The notes beneath the pieces were generated by a model. That model was not told the DNA's origin, did no database searches, and was given only the letters and a program-made list of their open reading frames with translations. DNA of 64,000 bases from positions 154,814,001 to 154,878,000 of the forward strand of contig OZ024742.1 in the NCBI GenBank assembly GCA_964016885.1. Direction: 5' to 3'. A program made the position numbers and the translations under genes. How positions within the stretch are numbered: the stretch's first letter is position 1; every line of letters begins with the position of its first letter. This DNA comes from Eledone cirrhosa. Lineage: Eukaryota. This document shows positions 26,281 through 39,161 of the stretch, piece after piece.

Positions 26281-27207
26281 TATTTATTGTAACTTCTTAG
26301 ACAGGTGATTACTGATTATGAAAATATAATCACGTTGAAAAGAAAAAAGCAATTAAATATTTGCCATTACATACTAATATTTGAACTCTAAGAATATGTA
26401 AAGCAAAACCTGTACAATGCTTATGCATATGAACCGGTAACTCCTGATGGAGTGGTGGTGGTGGTGCCGCTGTGACATACATACAGACTTTCTTAGTCGT
26501 TTTGAAACCTGGAAGAACGCATCCTCTCTTCAGGTTTGATCACATTCAATTACTTCGAAATGGGGTGTAAGTGTAATAAGTATGAATTGTAAAATATATA
26601 CATTAGGCCGAGGCAGTTTTCCCGCTGCACACCGCGGACAAATCTGCGAAGACATTTTGAACTGATTTTTTATGTATTAATCTCGAAAGAATGAAAAGTT
26701 AAATTATGTCGAAGGGATTTCATTTCACATCGCAAAGAGCCCCAACAAGTATGGCTTTCCTAATTCGCCGCCTCGTAGATTTCAAACACAAAACAAAGTA
26801 TATGATTCCCCATATTTCAAAGAACAATCTACTTACATATAATGTGTAAAGTTGGAGAATTGTAATTAGAATTCGGTAAAATTAATTGCTATGCTTGTTC
26901 CAACTACCTGAAGTCTCATTTTAAATCCCACTAAGATAAAACTTGCCTTGCATTCATTTGGAGACAATATTCCATGTACCATTACAATGAGGTCGATTCA
27001 CGGAATCGTTCAATCAACATTTAGCATAGATTAGGATTATCGCTTGAGTGATTTTAGTATGCTGCATGGACACTGATCTGGTCTCAAGTTCCAGATACGT
27101 TGTCCCAGGCATACCGAAATTCAAAAGAACTTATAACCATTAGTTAATTGTATGGCAAAATCTTGAGCACTCAGTGTCAAAGTCTCTTAAATATGAAGCT
27201 TCTATGT

Positions 27208-28713
27208 CAGGTGTCGGCAACCCCCGGCCCGCGACCACATCCGGCTCTCGAGTGACTTTTGTCCGGCCCGCCATCTTACACTGGACACTAATTATCTAAT
27301 TAGTATCGGATACAGATACAGTAGTTCACGTCAAGGTTGTGCCGATCTTATGCCCACCATAAATCGCTGCTCATACCGTATATATTTACAGATACCTTTG
27401 TAACCTTATTATATTTTCCATTTATTATTATTTCCTCTTATCCATCTTTTTCTGGGCTTTCCGCCAAACATTATATCACCTGTATTATTTCCTCTGATTT
27501 CATGTATGTGTTTTTGTTCCAGTCAACAAACACAAATATTGTCTGGAAGTATGCATTTTCGTCAGGTTCGCATGACTCGCTTTTATACCTATATCGTCAT
27601 TCAATAAAAATCACTCCTGAATTATTGTCGTCTTCGTTTGCCTGACCTTACCTGTGCCCCGCGGCACAAGCTAAAGCTGTCCTTGGAAAAATTACTTCGT
27701 TCCCTCCACCCCAGAGTATTTTCATTTGAGTTTGTTGTCTGGGGTATAACAACTATACAGTAGGTATCTTTATTCGATAATAACGTTTATTTAATAATTT
27801 GTGATAAATTGTGTGAATTATTATTATAAGAATTAGGCCAAAAGTGGTTTAAAAAAATAAATGGCAACCCTGATCTAACAACGTCGTTTATTCACAAATA
27901 TCATATTTTATCGCATTACTGTATTTGCGTTTACATTTGTTTTCATTGTTTCTTATTTCTTCATTCTGATTATTATACTTTTTGTTATTTTTCCTTTCCA
28001 TAATTCTTTTTTTGTTTGAACACAAACAAGCCCATGGAAGCTAAGGAAAGAAAAGTCGATTTGGAGTGCCCAACTTTTAAGAAGAATATCAGTTGGACTT
28101 ACAGTGCGACGAATCTTTGAAATCGAAATTTCAGTTCGAATCCGCTGCTGACTACTACAAGAAATATATATTGCCAAGCAGAAAATATAAAAACCTCTTG
28201 ATTAATACGAAAATGTTGATATCATTATTTGGAAGTACATCTGCTAGTGAACAACTTTTTTACAAAATGAAATATACTAAAAGTCATTTAAGAACAAGGT
28301 TGCGTGACGACCACCTGGATGATGTTTTGCTCCTGTCATCGACAAATATTTCACCTGATGTGGAGAAGTTATCGCACAATAAGCAGATACAAGTGTCTCA
28401 TTAAATCATTTACCATTTCTAACTGTATTTCGTTTGTAACAAGGAATTTGCTTTTTTTTTTTGTTGATTGTGATAGTAGTTTTTCTGTTATTCCTGCAGT
28501 AAAATAAGGAATTTGCTTTTTTTTTGTTGAATGTGTTTGTATTTTTTTCTTCTTTTTGTGTTGGTTATTCCTGCAGTAAAATAAAATTATATTAAATTCC
28601 TTGTTTTGCTTTAAACCTCCAGAAAATTGATTTACATATTTAATAACATGGCCCTCCTCCATGACACTGCATAGCTGTTTGGCCATCTCTCTCCAAAAGG
28701 TTGCCGACCCCTT
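27208..28713 (+). mobile_element. hAT-Charlie/SPIN-like DNA transposon, internal-deletion derivative with TIRs and 8-bp TSD
   Basis: TIRs CAGGTGTCGGCAACC / GGTTGCCGACCCCTT, TSD TTCTATGT / TTCTAGGT. The transposase N-terminus MEAKERKVDLEC (28034) is joined to the dimerisation domain SLFGSTSASEQLF.KMKYTKS.LRTRL.DDHL...QVSH* (to 28404). Confidence 0.92.
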
Positions 28714-31700
28714 TTCTAGGTAATTATTTCAGGTGAGCCTATATATTCAGCAGCTCTACAAGAACAGCATTGCCACATAAATAGTTATTTCCACAGAAAT
28801 ATTTGAAAGATTATTCACCGGATTGGATATAGCAAGAGTTGAACCACGATCGACGAATGTAATTCTGTCAAACTGAGATGGGCTAAAATGAATATAAGTA
28901 TTCATATTATAAAATACAATAATTTCTGTTTTACACTTTCTTGTATGCTGTTTTACCGCTATAAAGACCTAGGTTGGTGGCTATTCGTACAGACTGGCGG
29001 CAGGCAACTGTGGAACGACTTTAATCCCATTTAGTGTCATAAGCCATTACATTTAAAAATCATTGCAGCGTACAGCATGCCATACCTTAGCAGTTTAGGA
29101 CAAACATTTCTTAGTCGCAACAACATAAATTTACCCATGATTTCAAATTTGAACTGTAGTAGTCTCAAGAGGAATTGCGTGCTTAGTTGAAACAATCTGT
29201 CGCGTTCCAAGAATATATTCATTTTTATTTCAATTTAACTGTATGTCATTGAAAATTTCTTTGTTTTAATATCTAGATGTAACTTTTTTTTCAATATTAC
29301 GAATATTGCTATAAAACAAAGTCACGAATCGTTGACATTTTAAAATCTACTCTGACAAACCATTAGTACTCAAGACGAACTGCTATTTTTAGTACATATT
29401 TGCACCTTTTTTTATGTTGCCTTTGAATCAAATCGCTTATATCGCTTGAATTCTATTGTCTGTAGATTCTTAAGTTCTTAAGTACCACCAATCATTCTGC
29501 GTAGGTATAAAATCTATGGTTGGAAATATAGAAATGAATAATTTTTCTCCGTGCATTATTTTAGAACAAGTTCCAAGAAACAATTTCTACACATAAAGAG
29601 TCCAAGCCACAATCAAGAGAAGCTGTTATTTGCAATTCAGAAAGAGTACAAGCCAATTACGAAAACATAAAATACTTTAATATATGTATTATATTCCACA
29701 ATTTCGGAATTTAATAACTGTGTATGTACAAGAGTAAATATACAAATATGTACGCATACGTGAGTAGTTGAAACATACATCAGGCAATGTTATACATGAT
29801 TCAGCACAAGCGCACATATATGTTCAGCTACGTGCACATTTACATGAATAAAAAAAATATGAAAGGTAATACATATTATCTAAATAGCAATAAAAGAACA
29901 TTTCCGTGTAAGAAAATGACGCATTTACTATTACCGAGGAATTTGAAATACAAACACAGAAGGTACATCGATGCTCAGTAGCTGTTTGTTCCTGTTATGT
30001 AGTATACGCCCGTTTTGTGTCCTTTCGCGTTTCATTGGAGTGCCTTTTTGAAAATCGCAAGTGCTCTCGCGTGATGATGTGGCAGTATATTTTCCTGTAA
30101 TAGAGGCGCGTGACGATCCACCCCTCCAATGGAAGAAGCGCCGTATGTGCTGGCTTTCGCTATGTGCTGGCTTTCGCTAGAAAAATTGTTGCAAAATTGA
30201 CCAACCCTGGTGCAACGAAATACCACTTGCACGGCATTTAATGGTGTGGAACGCAAAATAAGTCAAATGGCATGTTAAAACACAATTGCAGCTGTTTTCA
30301 AGTAAATGTACATTTGTTACATGTGAATTTACATACATACGCAAAATAAACATACGCACACACTACTGTATAATTATTGACACTGGATTTATTAGGCCCT
30401 TCACGAGCTTTGTTTGTCATAATGCAGAGTATTTAAATGTTATTTTCACCCCAACGCAGAACTCATGTTTTTGCCGGTTTAGTTGGTGACAATTCGACCA
30501 TACATTAAGTTGCACTGAATCCCGTACATACACAGTGTTACTACATCCAAAATATTTCTCCTCAAGGTCGATTATGCTTTTTGGGAGGGAACTTTTATAA
30601 ACAAGACATACAATACATGATTTTGTTTATGTCTAGCTAAGTCATCGATGAACAGACTGCTGTTGTTACCATAATTGAAATAGATTATCTCTCCTATTTT
30701 TTAAACTTTGAGGAGTTATTTGTGTAGTTGGCTGCTATATCTACCATGTTAAACGAGCAAGTAGCGGTTCTCTCGTTTACCCAACTGCAATCACTAGGAG
30801 TTTTTTTTCGTCGTAGATGTTATTGTGACAGATTAACACTAAATATTCCGTCGAACAAATTATATGCGGTGTGAAATCCCGGAGATTAATGTTCGTAGTC
30901 CATATTTCACTGAGATTAACTTTTTCCATTTTACCTTTCTTCATTCCGTCTTCGACAGAGTACCGGTCAGTTACTGAGTTAAATTTAACCGACTAATGTC
31001 TGGGGAATCCTAGAATACCTCAAGTCTTGAGACTACGACTGAAAGTTCAAATTAAGTCTCCTCAGATGTTCATGTACGGTTAGGGCATTATTATTACTTT
31101 GAGGAGCAACGACCAAGGGTAACGACTAGGGAAAGACACAATAGGGTGTTATTTATTATCTTATCCAAACGTTCGACAGAAGAAAAACGTGAAATAGAAA
31201 AAAAAATGTGAAATTTTTTGATCCTCACAATCTTTGTAAAAAAAAATGGTAAATTTATGAAACCACATTATTTGTATATTCTTAGTTATAGTGTAGTTTG
31301 GGTAATGCTAGCAGTGCTGCTTAAGGAGGGGATTAATTTAGCAGTATTTGCTGGTGTTTTGACTTGCGTCACCTCATATCCACCAGACATGTGCTTTAAG
31401 GCGTTTCTATCACTTGTCAGCTTGACATTTCTTAGATCTAGACATGTTTATGCTCTGCAATATATCCTGTCTGTAAGGCAGATCAGTATGATTTCATACA
31501 AACGTGTATTTTGCGTGTAGCAGGTCGAACGCCTACGTAATTTCTCTTTTTACATGGGATAGCTGTTTAGTCCCAGGTCAGCCTTGGGTCGTTCAGAAAT
31601 AATGTGAATTCCAGAATACACATCCCAACCTTTATTCATCAGATTCTACACGGGACACTACTAAACTGTTTTTTTGTTTTTTTTAAATTTGAGCGAAAAT

Positions 31701-32739
31701 TCGCTACTGCGTCTAAGAGTTTCATTGAAAACGTAGAGGGTCCAAGTTATTGCAAAGTGTAAATGCTGATGTATATATTGTCGATTTACAAGTCTGTTGT
31801 CTTGTTTAGACTCGGATCAATCTAGAGAGGAAGAGAGAGTGAATAGAATAACATTTTCGGCGTAGATATGAATATTTTTATTCATTTATATTGTATGTTA
31901 ATGGTTATGACATTATTATTAACTTCATGCCACCCCTGACCAAGTAAATATATGATCAAATAGTTGTTGTTTATGAAAACCACATCCATCTGTCAGGCTT
32001 TGCACATTCTGAACTATATCATATAATGGGCTCGTCATATTTCAATGTCGTGTGTTGCCATCTGGCGTTGATTTGAATGTTATTTCTAAAAGGTCTGACA
32101 ACCACATAGAAACTCCTTTGCCGGCGTAGGCTCCTCCGTTAGTTTTGATGTTGTCGTTGTGCTGGGTGTGTTAATGGTGGTATTGTAGTCGTGTTAGTAA
32201 TGGTAATAATAGTGAAATATGTGGTAGTATTTGTGTTACTTGTTATTATCATCATAATCATCATCATTATCTTCGTAAATCATCACCAGTTTCATCATCA
32301 TCACCACAAGCATCCCCTCATCATCACCATTTATCATCACTATTCTTCGTCATAAATGATACAAGTGTGCCACGACAGCTGTTTTCATTGTCGTCATGAC
32401 GGAAATGCCGTCACTGTTACTGCTAAAACCATTGCCAGTTATCGCAATAACAATAACAATACCACAAACAACTGTACAATCAATAACGACAGCAGCACGA
32501 CCACTAACAACAATAACACAAACATTTAAAGAAAACAATAACATTCACAGCAGCAACAGGGATTGTGATAAGGGTAGTGGTGGTGGAAGGAGTTTTAATG
32601 GTAGTATTTGATAGCAGTTTAAGTTGATTTTGTGAGGGGAGGCAGTTATTGCAGCAACAGTAACATCATCGGCTAGCAGCAGTAGTAGCAACGTTATCAT
32701 TTGGCGGTTAGTAGCAGTAAGTGCAGCAACAGTATATGT

Positions 32740-33700
32740 TGGCAGAATTGTTAGTGTTGGATAAATATTTATGGCATTTATTCTGGTCCTGTGAGTTCAA
32801 ATCCCGTCGAGGTTTTTTTTTTTTTCTTTCACCAATCCAGGGTCGATAAAATAATGTATCTGTAAAGTAATGGGCTGGTATAATTTACATCAACTTTGCG
32901 GGTCTTGTATTTATGACAATGTCAAATAATTGTTAATGAATCTGGCACTTTACATGTTTAGTGCCAATCCCCAGGAGGTCAGTTTTGCCTTTCATCTTTC
33001 CATTATCATAAAAAAGCGTTACAAGGATTAGGGTCAATTTTAATCGAGTACAACACCTTCCACGCGTCGGGATAAATATATTCTGTCATTTGAACCGAAT
33101 CAATTCTTAGGAGATGGAGAGAGGGGATCTTCCCATCCTCAGTAATTTTGTTAAAAGGTGGATTGAGATTGGTGAACATGGCCCGAGTGAATGGAGCTAG
33201 TCACAGGTTATAACAATTGGCCTAGTAATGGTAACTTCTGAGGATAATCATATATATTCTGAGTTCCTTGATGTGTCCTAGGTAGCGTTCACCCCAGGGA
33301 AATTATTTATAATTTCTTTATTATATGTTGTTTTTACTAGCTTTAAAATCCCACTGTTTTTTTTATTATTTTTTTATACTTTTCAGTAAATATATTTTCA
33401 AGTTATGGTGCAAGGCCAACCATTTGGCTCATTACGTTCTCAGTACAAATCTTACCTGGTCAAATTTGCATTTTTATCCTTCCACTGTCGATAAAGTAAA
33501 ATACAAGTTAAATACTATGTTCTATTTCATCGACTTTCCTCACTCTGTGCTAAAATTAGAAATAGTCATTATTATATATTGTTTTAGTAGTAGTAGCAAC
33601 AGTAGCATCGATAAATTAAAGTACTAATCAAGTATTTCAATCAATGTAACCGATTTTTCCCTCGTTCTAAACTGCTGGCCCTGGTCCTTAATTGAAATAG
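32740..33700 (+). mobile_element. Cluster of old, degenerate SINE family A fragments
   Basis: Recurrent GAGTTCAAATCCC, TTTGCCTTTCATC and GTCGATAAA...GTAC pieces at about 32790, 32985, 33465 and 33608. Confidence 0.6.
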
Positions 33701-36324
33701 TAGTAGAGGTTGTGTGTCAGGCCTTATAATGATGTTATTGCGTAATCGACTATCATACTTGACGGCGTCTTTTGAGTATGTTGTCATAACCCCAGGACGA
33801 CGCTATCAATATGACTGATAATGTGTAATGGTAGAGAGTGAGTAGGAGCTCCCCGTACGGACGCTGCCTTTGTTGGATGGTGGATATAATTCGTCTCCCC
33901 TTGCTCCTTGTCATTGCTCTTCTGCAAGTATTGGGACAGTTGATGGCATAATATTATTTCTTGATGTGCAGTTTCTTAATGTGGTAACACGGAGCTCGAT
34001 TTTCGTTCTTTTCTCATGTCACTCTTAAAAGCCGCGGCAAATTTTAAATGGATGCAAACCATCCTCGTTTGAGTTATCCATTAGAAGTAACAATAGAATA
34101 TGTAGTAAAATTATCAGCTGTAGCAAAACCAGTAGCAATAGTAGTGCTAATACAAAAAAAAAATAGCGAGTTGGCAGAGTTGTTAGAACATTTGTGGTGT
34201 TCGTTCTAACTCTATGCATCCTGTGTTCAAATAACACCGAGGTAGATAAAATATATACCAGTACAGAGGCAATTCTCTCTCTCACTTTTCCCTATCTTTT
34301 TCTCTTCCCAATCTCCCCCGTTCACCCACCCCCCACCCCACACTTCTCATCCATATCTCTCTTTTTCTGTCTCTGGAAGAAGATATGTGTTTTCCGATAT
34401 GGGCGGTGTGTGGTACCTACCAGTGTTGACATTCCGAATATACGCCATGTGTCGCTTCGGTGCGCTTAAAATTCAATCAATTGTTACGTATGCATGCATT
34501 CACATACACACACAGTAATTGTATTTGTAGGAATAATAGTCTTTCAAACTGGGCCTCGCCAAAAATTTTGCAAGGCAAAACACGACTACCTTTATGCCCT
34601 GCGTTCGGGGGAGAGTAGCTCCTCTCAAAATTCAAGGGGAGCGTATTGTTAGATATTTACAAACATTTCCCCGGATAGCTGGGGCTTGTGTCGATATACT
34701 GGCTGAAATCTCTCCCCTTTCTTATAGACTCTAGTTAACGCTAATATATCTTTTTTTTTTCTCTGGTGGGGTATAATAGTTAGAGTTTGTTTATTAGATT
34801 ATGTAATGTTGACTCATCGTGTTTTCCTTTTTTTATGACGTGTGGTAAGATTGAGATTTTGCTGCAGTTTCTAGCAGTTCGAAAACACATTTCCTGATAA
34901 CCTTGTTGACCGTGTTGCTTTTAGTAGTAGTGGTGTTGCTTTTAGTAGTAGTGGTGATAGTGGTATTTGTATCAATAGTAGTAAGCCCAAGGAACAAGAA
35001 AAAGGTCATTCGAAATGAAACCAGTGTGAATAGACATGTGGTTGCAGTGGAGGTAGCAGTACCACAGCAACAATTGTAGCTCTAGCATAAGTATTAGTGT
35101 CATCAGTAGTGGTATAAGTAGCAGTACCACAGCAGCAATTGTAGCCCTAGCATATATGTTAGTGTCAACCGCTGCAGTAGTATTAGTAGCAGCAGAATTT
35201 TTTATCTTTTTATTTTGTTGCTGTTTGGCCCTATTTCACCCCGTTGGAACAGACCAATAATTAAAATTATTTGCATCGTTGGCCACGTCATTTTGTTCTT
35301 TTACGCATCGTCTGTCTAGGAATACATTACACGAGGTAATTTCCCTTATTTCGGACATTACGGCGTGATTAAAGAAAAGCATCTGGTGTTTGTTTTCTGT
35401 AAACGCAGAGCCATATTATTCATAAGACTGACTAGGCTGAAGCCCAAGGCCACTGCAGTGAGTAAGGACCTTTGTTTGATGGTGTCCCTACCAGAAAATC
35501 TGATGACCCGGTTTGGGGTTTATATGGCTCACTTTGAAGTTGATAATCCTAAAAATGTAGAAATAGGAACAACAGCAGTAGAATGTAAAGTTGTTAACAC
35601 TTATTGACTCCATATATGACTAAAGACAATCCAGTCTGGAAATCCATTTTTGTTATCGTATTAACTTAGAGCAAATCAGAATATATTGTCCACATTTCTC
35701 TCGTTTATCGAGAGATATTTAACGACCACTAGAAGACTGCGTAATGGTGTTCGTAAAACACAGTCCGACACTAATTGTGTAATGATTTCATTACACAATC
35801 ACCCCTTAAGTATTCCTTCACACTTTCAAGTATTGTCTATCCAGGATTACATTGCTGAATGTGTACCCCTATTTCCTAGGAGGTGGGATGTAATTTAAAA
35901 GTGAATTGACTTGCAGGTCAAGAAACAATGTACATGTTAGAAGATACCACGCGTGGGGCGAGATATGAACATTTCAAAAGATGCAGCAGTATTAGCAAAG
36001 TTAATAGAGGCACCAATATTAGCAGTAGTATTTGCAGCAGAAAGCATCAACCGCATAAGATATGTGTCGCTACCAAGTATGACCTCGAAATCATAAACAT
36101 TACCGCCACTGCCTCAATATACGTACAGCTACAACTACATGTATTAAAAGACATACTTACTAGCAGGAGACAAACAATATTTGTGGAGATATTCAAATTA
36201 AGAACTAGACAAATGGTACTCTTAAAGTTAGTTAAAATATTTCCGAAAAAGAAACCACCTTTTTACAGTAATAACAAAAATACTTTCCGTATTTGAAATG
36301 TTTGGATCAAACTGCATCTCTTTC

Positions 36325-36363
<39 letters not shown>

Positions 36364-36963
36364 ATAAATGTGTGCACTTATATGAGTACGTGTGTATATA
36401 TATTTATATAATGTACGTGTATGTATGTATATATATATATATATATATGCGTTTCTCGGTGTTTCTGTTTATGTATATTTATATGTATTTATGTCTGTGC
36501 ATATATGTTTATTAGATTTATATCTGTATACATACAGACTCTGTGACCGAAGCTGCACGAACGAGTTAACTATATACACATACGCAGGATTTGAACATGC
36601 CTGAAAATACGAATTTCCCTGTAAACTGAAAAGTTGATAAACATTTTGTCATCTTTCGGGTATCTTTATACCTTCATAATAAGACATGTTTTTCAGGGGT
36701 ATATATAGATATTTGCTTTAGTATTATTTTTTTTATATGAGAGCAAATGATTATATATAGGCATGGAATGGATGTTTACTTGTGTCTAAGGATATGGGTC
36801 GAATAAGATCAGAAATTCTATTAAATATGTTTATCGTTTTTTTTCAAATTACAGAGAAATTCGTAATTCTGGCATTTTTACTTGCCTACACACACACACA
36901 TACTCACACACACGCACACACACATACTCACACACACGCACACACACATACACACACACATTA

Positions 36964-36994
<31 letters not shown>

Positions 36995-38087
36995 CCTGGG
37001 AGTGTAACGTGAAGTTACTGCAGGTTCACCCAGGAGAGCACACGATGTTTAGGTTCACGTCATTGGCGAGGTGTAGAGCTAGACAGTGTAATATAATAAT
37101 TGTTTTTACATTTGGCACAAGGCCAGCAATTACCTACTACTGTACTGGTAGTTTATTTTATCGACCCCGTAAGGATGAATGGCAAAGTTAACCTGGGCGG
37201 GATTTGAACTCAGAATGGCAAAGTCCGTAACTCTATGCGTCAAACCATGGTGTCAGACCCTCTACCGATACTGCCAAATAATATAACACAACAAGGACGA
37301 TTTTTTAAGCCCTCGTCATGTTTATTGATTGGTGGCGCGCGTTCGCTATTGATCAGCTCGTGGTTTGATCTGTATTGTTCTGGCCCGACTCGGGAATCAG
37401 AAGCTCGTCGGACATCAGCTGTTGTAATGACGGTATGAACATATAAAGCATAGAAATGTCTGTAAGGTATCGCGTTCATATGGTGGTCAGTTTATGTTGT
37501 TTTGATTGGTGGTTTAGCTATAAATAAGAGTTTTTAACATGTGTGGTAAGTGTGGGGTGGGGATGGGCATAGTGATGAGGTAGTGGTGGGGCGGAATAGT
37601 TGATGTGAGTTGCGGTGTGTGGTGTTTTGACTTGCCATAGACATGTCGCCGTGTACGTGGCGAGGCGGAGGTGCTGTGTATGGTACGGATGTGGCAGGGT
37701 TGTGCGTGATAGAACATGAAAGAATGCAGTGTTGTAGTAGGGGTAGGGGGTGTTTCTGCTGGTCATCAGTTTGTCGCGGAAGAGTGAATGGACATAAGGG
37801 AGGTAGGTTATACAGTTTAGACTTCGTTAAAGGGGATTTGCGGTATAAAGAATTGATGAGGTGATGAGGATGGTATGGTTATGGTAACGATCCTGTCCTC
37901 AAAATATCCGAGGCGTGCATTCTGTGGTGGATTTCTCTTCAATTTGTCATTACAACGGCAGATATCCGAAGGGCTTTTGATTCCAGAGTCAGGCCAGACC
38001 GATACAGATCGAACCTTGAGCTAATCAATAGCGAAAGGCGCCCCACCAATCAATAAACGTAATGAAGGCTTAACAAATCGTCCTTGT
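36995..38087 (+). mobile_element. (TA)n-embedded PLE-like element with about 140-bp inverted repeats, interrupted by a SINE
   Basis: Inverted repeats at 37291-37431 and 37946-38087. The leader 36995-37094 plus the repeat is collinear with the reverse complement of 61148-61378. Confidence 0.75.
37095..37276 (-). mobile_element. SINE family A nested in the PLE-like element
   Basis: Reverse complement of the 38148 copy, with TAATATAA on both sides (candidate TSD). Confidence 0.9.
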
Positions 38088-38092
38088 ATTAT

Positions 38093-38139
<47 letters not shown>

Positions 38140-38147
38140 TGATACGA

Positions 38148-38341
38148 GGGCGGTGGATTGCCAGTATCGGTAGAGGGTCGGACGCCATGCTTTGCAGCAA
38201 AGCGTTACGGCCCTTTATCGCCTGAGTTCAAATCCAGCAGAGGTTAACTTTGCCTTTCATCCTTAAGGGGTCGATAAAATAAAGTACCAGTAATGCACTG
38301 AAATAATTGCTGGCCTTGTGCCAAAAGTAGAAACAATTATT
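38148..38341 (+). mobile_element. SINE family A, full length
   Basis: GGGCGGTGGATTG.CAGTATCGGTAGAGGGTCGGACGCC...GAGTTCAAATCC...GTCGATAAAATAAAGTACCAG...GTAGAAACAATTATT. Confidence 0.92.
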
Positions 38342-38852
38342 TATATATATATATATATATATATATGTATACTCGTTAGTGCAGTCTCCCATATACACTC
38401 CGTATCCATACAGATATAATTCTATTATATACCTCGGCTGCTACCGCATTGTGTACCGTCGTAAGGCAAGAACGACACAAGGACGTTTGCGTGGCTGTCT
38501 CTTTGACCATATTTTCCAGTCACCTGGCCACCAGGCTCTCCAGTCTTCAATACACGGACTATTCCATACGTAGCGTAGCTGGAAGGGAGGTCAATCATCA
38601 CCCTCAAAACAGTATAGAATCTAACAAATCCGCCATTATGAGTTTAATAAATGTCCAGTATGGATAGAGGACATGCGATTCTGGCATGCCAACACTTCAG
38701 ACCCTGTATTGAACAGTCATTGAAAGTAATGGAGGATTGATTGAATAGAAATGATATCATAGATATATTGTTAATAATATATGCACCAATTTGTATCTAA
38801 ATATAGCATTTCACTGATGTGCTATCTTTCTTTTTTTCTAAATTCAGGCAAT

Positions 38853-38905
<53 letters not shown>

Positions 38906-39103
38906 TATATATTTAGGTTTGTTGGTTCACCACTGGATATAACTGGTCATTCTGTATAGTTACCCTTGATGTAATATTAGGGAGAGCACTCGACGTAATG
39001 CAACTGATCCGTCTTCGTTTGTGTTGTTGGTGGTGCGAGTACGGAGTTAATTATTATAAAATAACAGGAGGCTGGACTGGTGTAATTCCTTAAAAGGTTT
39101 ATT

Positions 39104-39161
39104 ATACTATGATCATTTCAGTGACCGGGTTCAGTATGAATCCGGTGACATCATCAGGTAT
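39104..39161 (-). ncRNA. Minimal type I hammerhead ribozyme (PLE-type)
   Basis: Minus strand ATAC-CTGATGA-TGTCACCGG(loop)CCGGTCACT-GAAA-TGATCA-TA-GTAT: intact core, 4-bp stem I, palindromic stem III (ATGATCAT), AUA cleavage triplet, then AATAAA. Confidence 0.75.

Noticed and set aside
32150-32740. Mucin-like or low-complexity coding exon
   Set aside because: It is made of degenerate trinucleotide repeats (CAT/AAC/AGC/GTA) with no convincing splice or codon signal.
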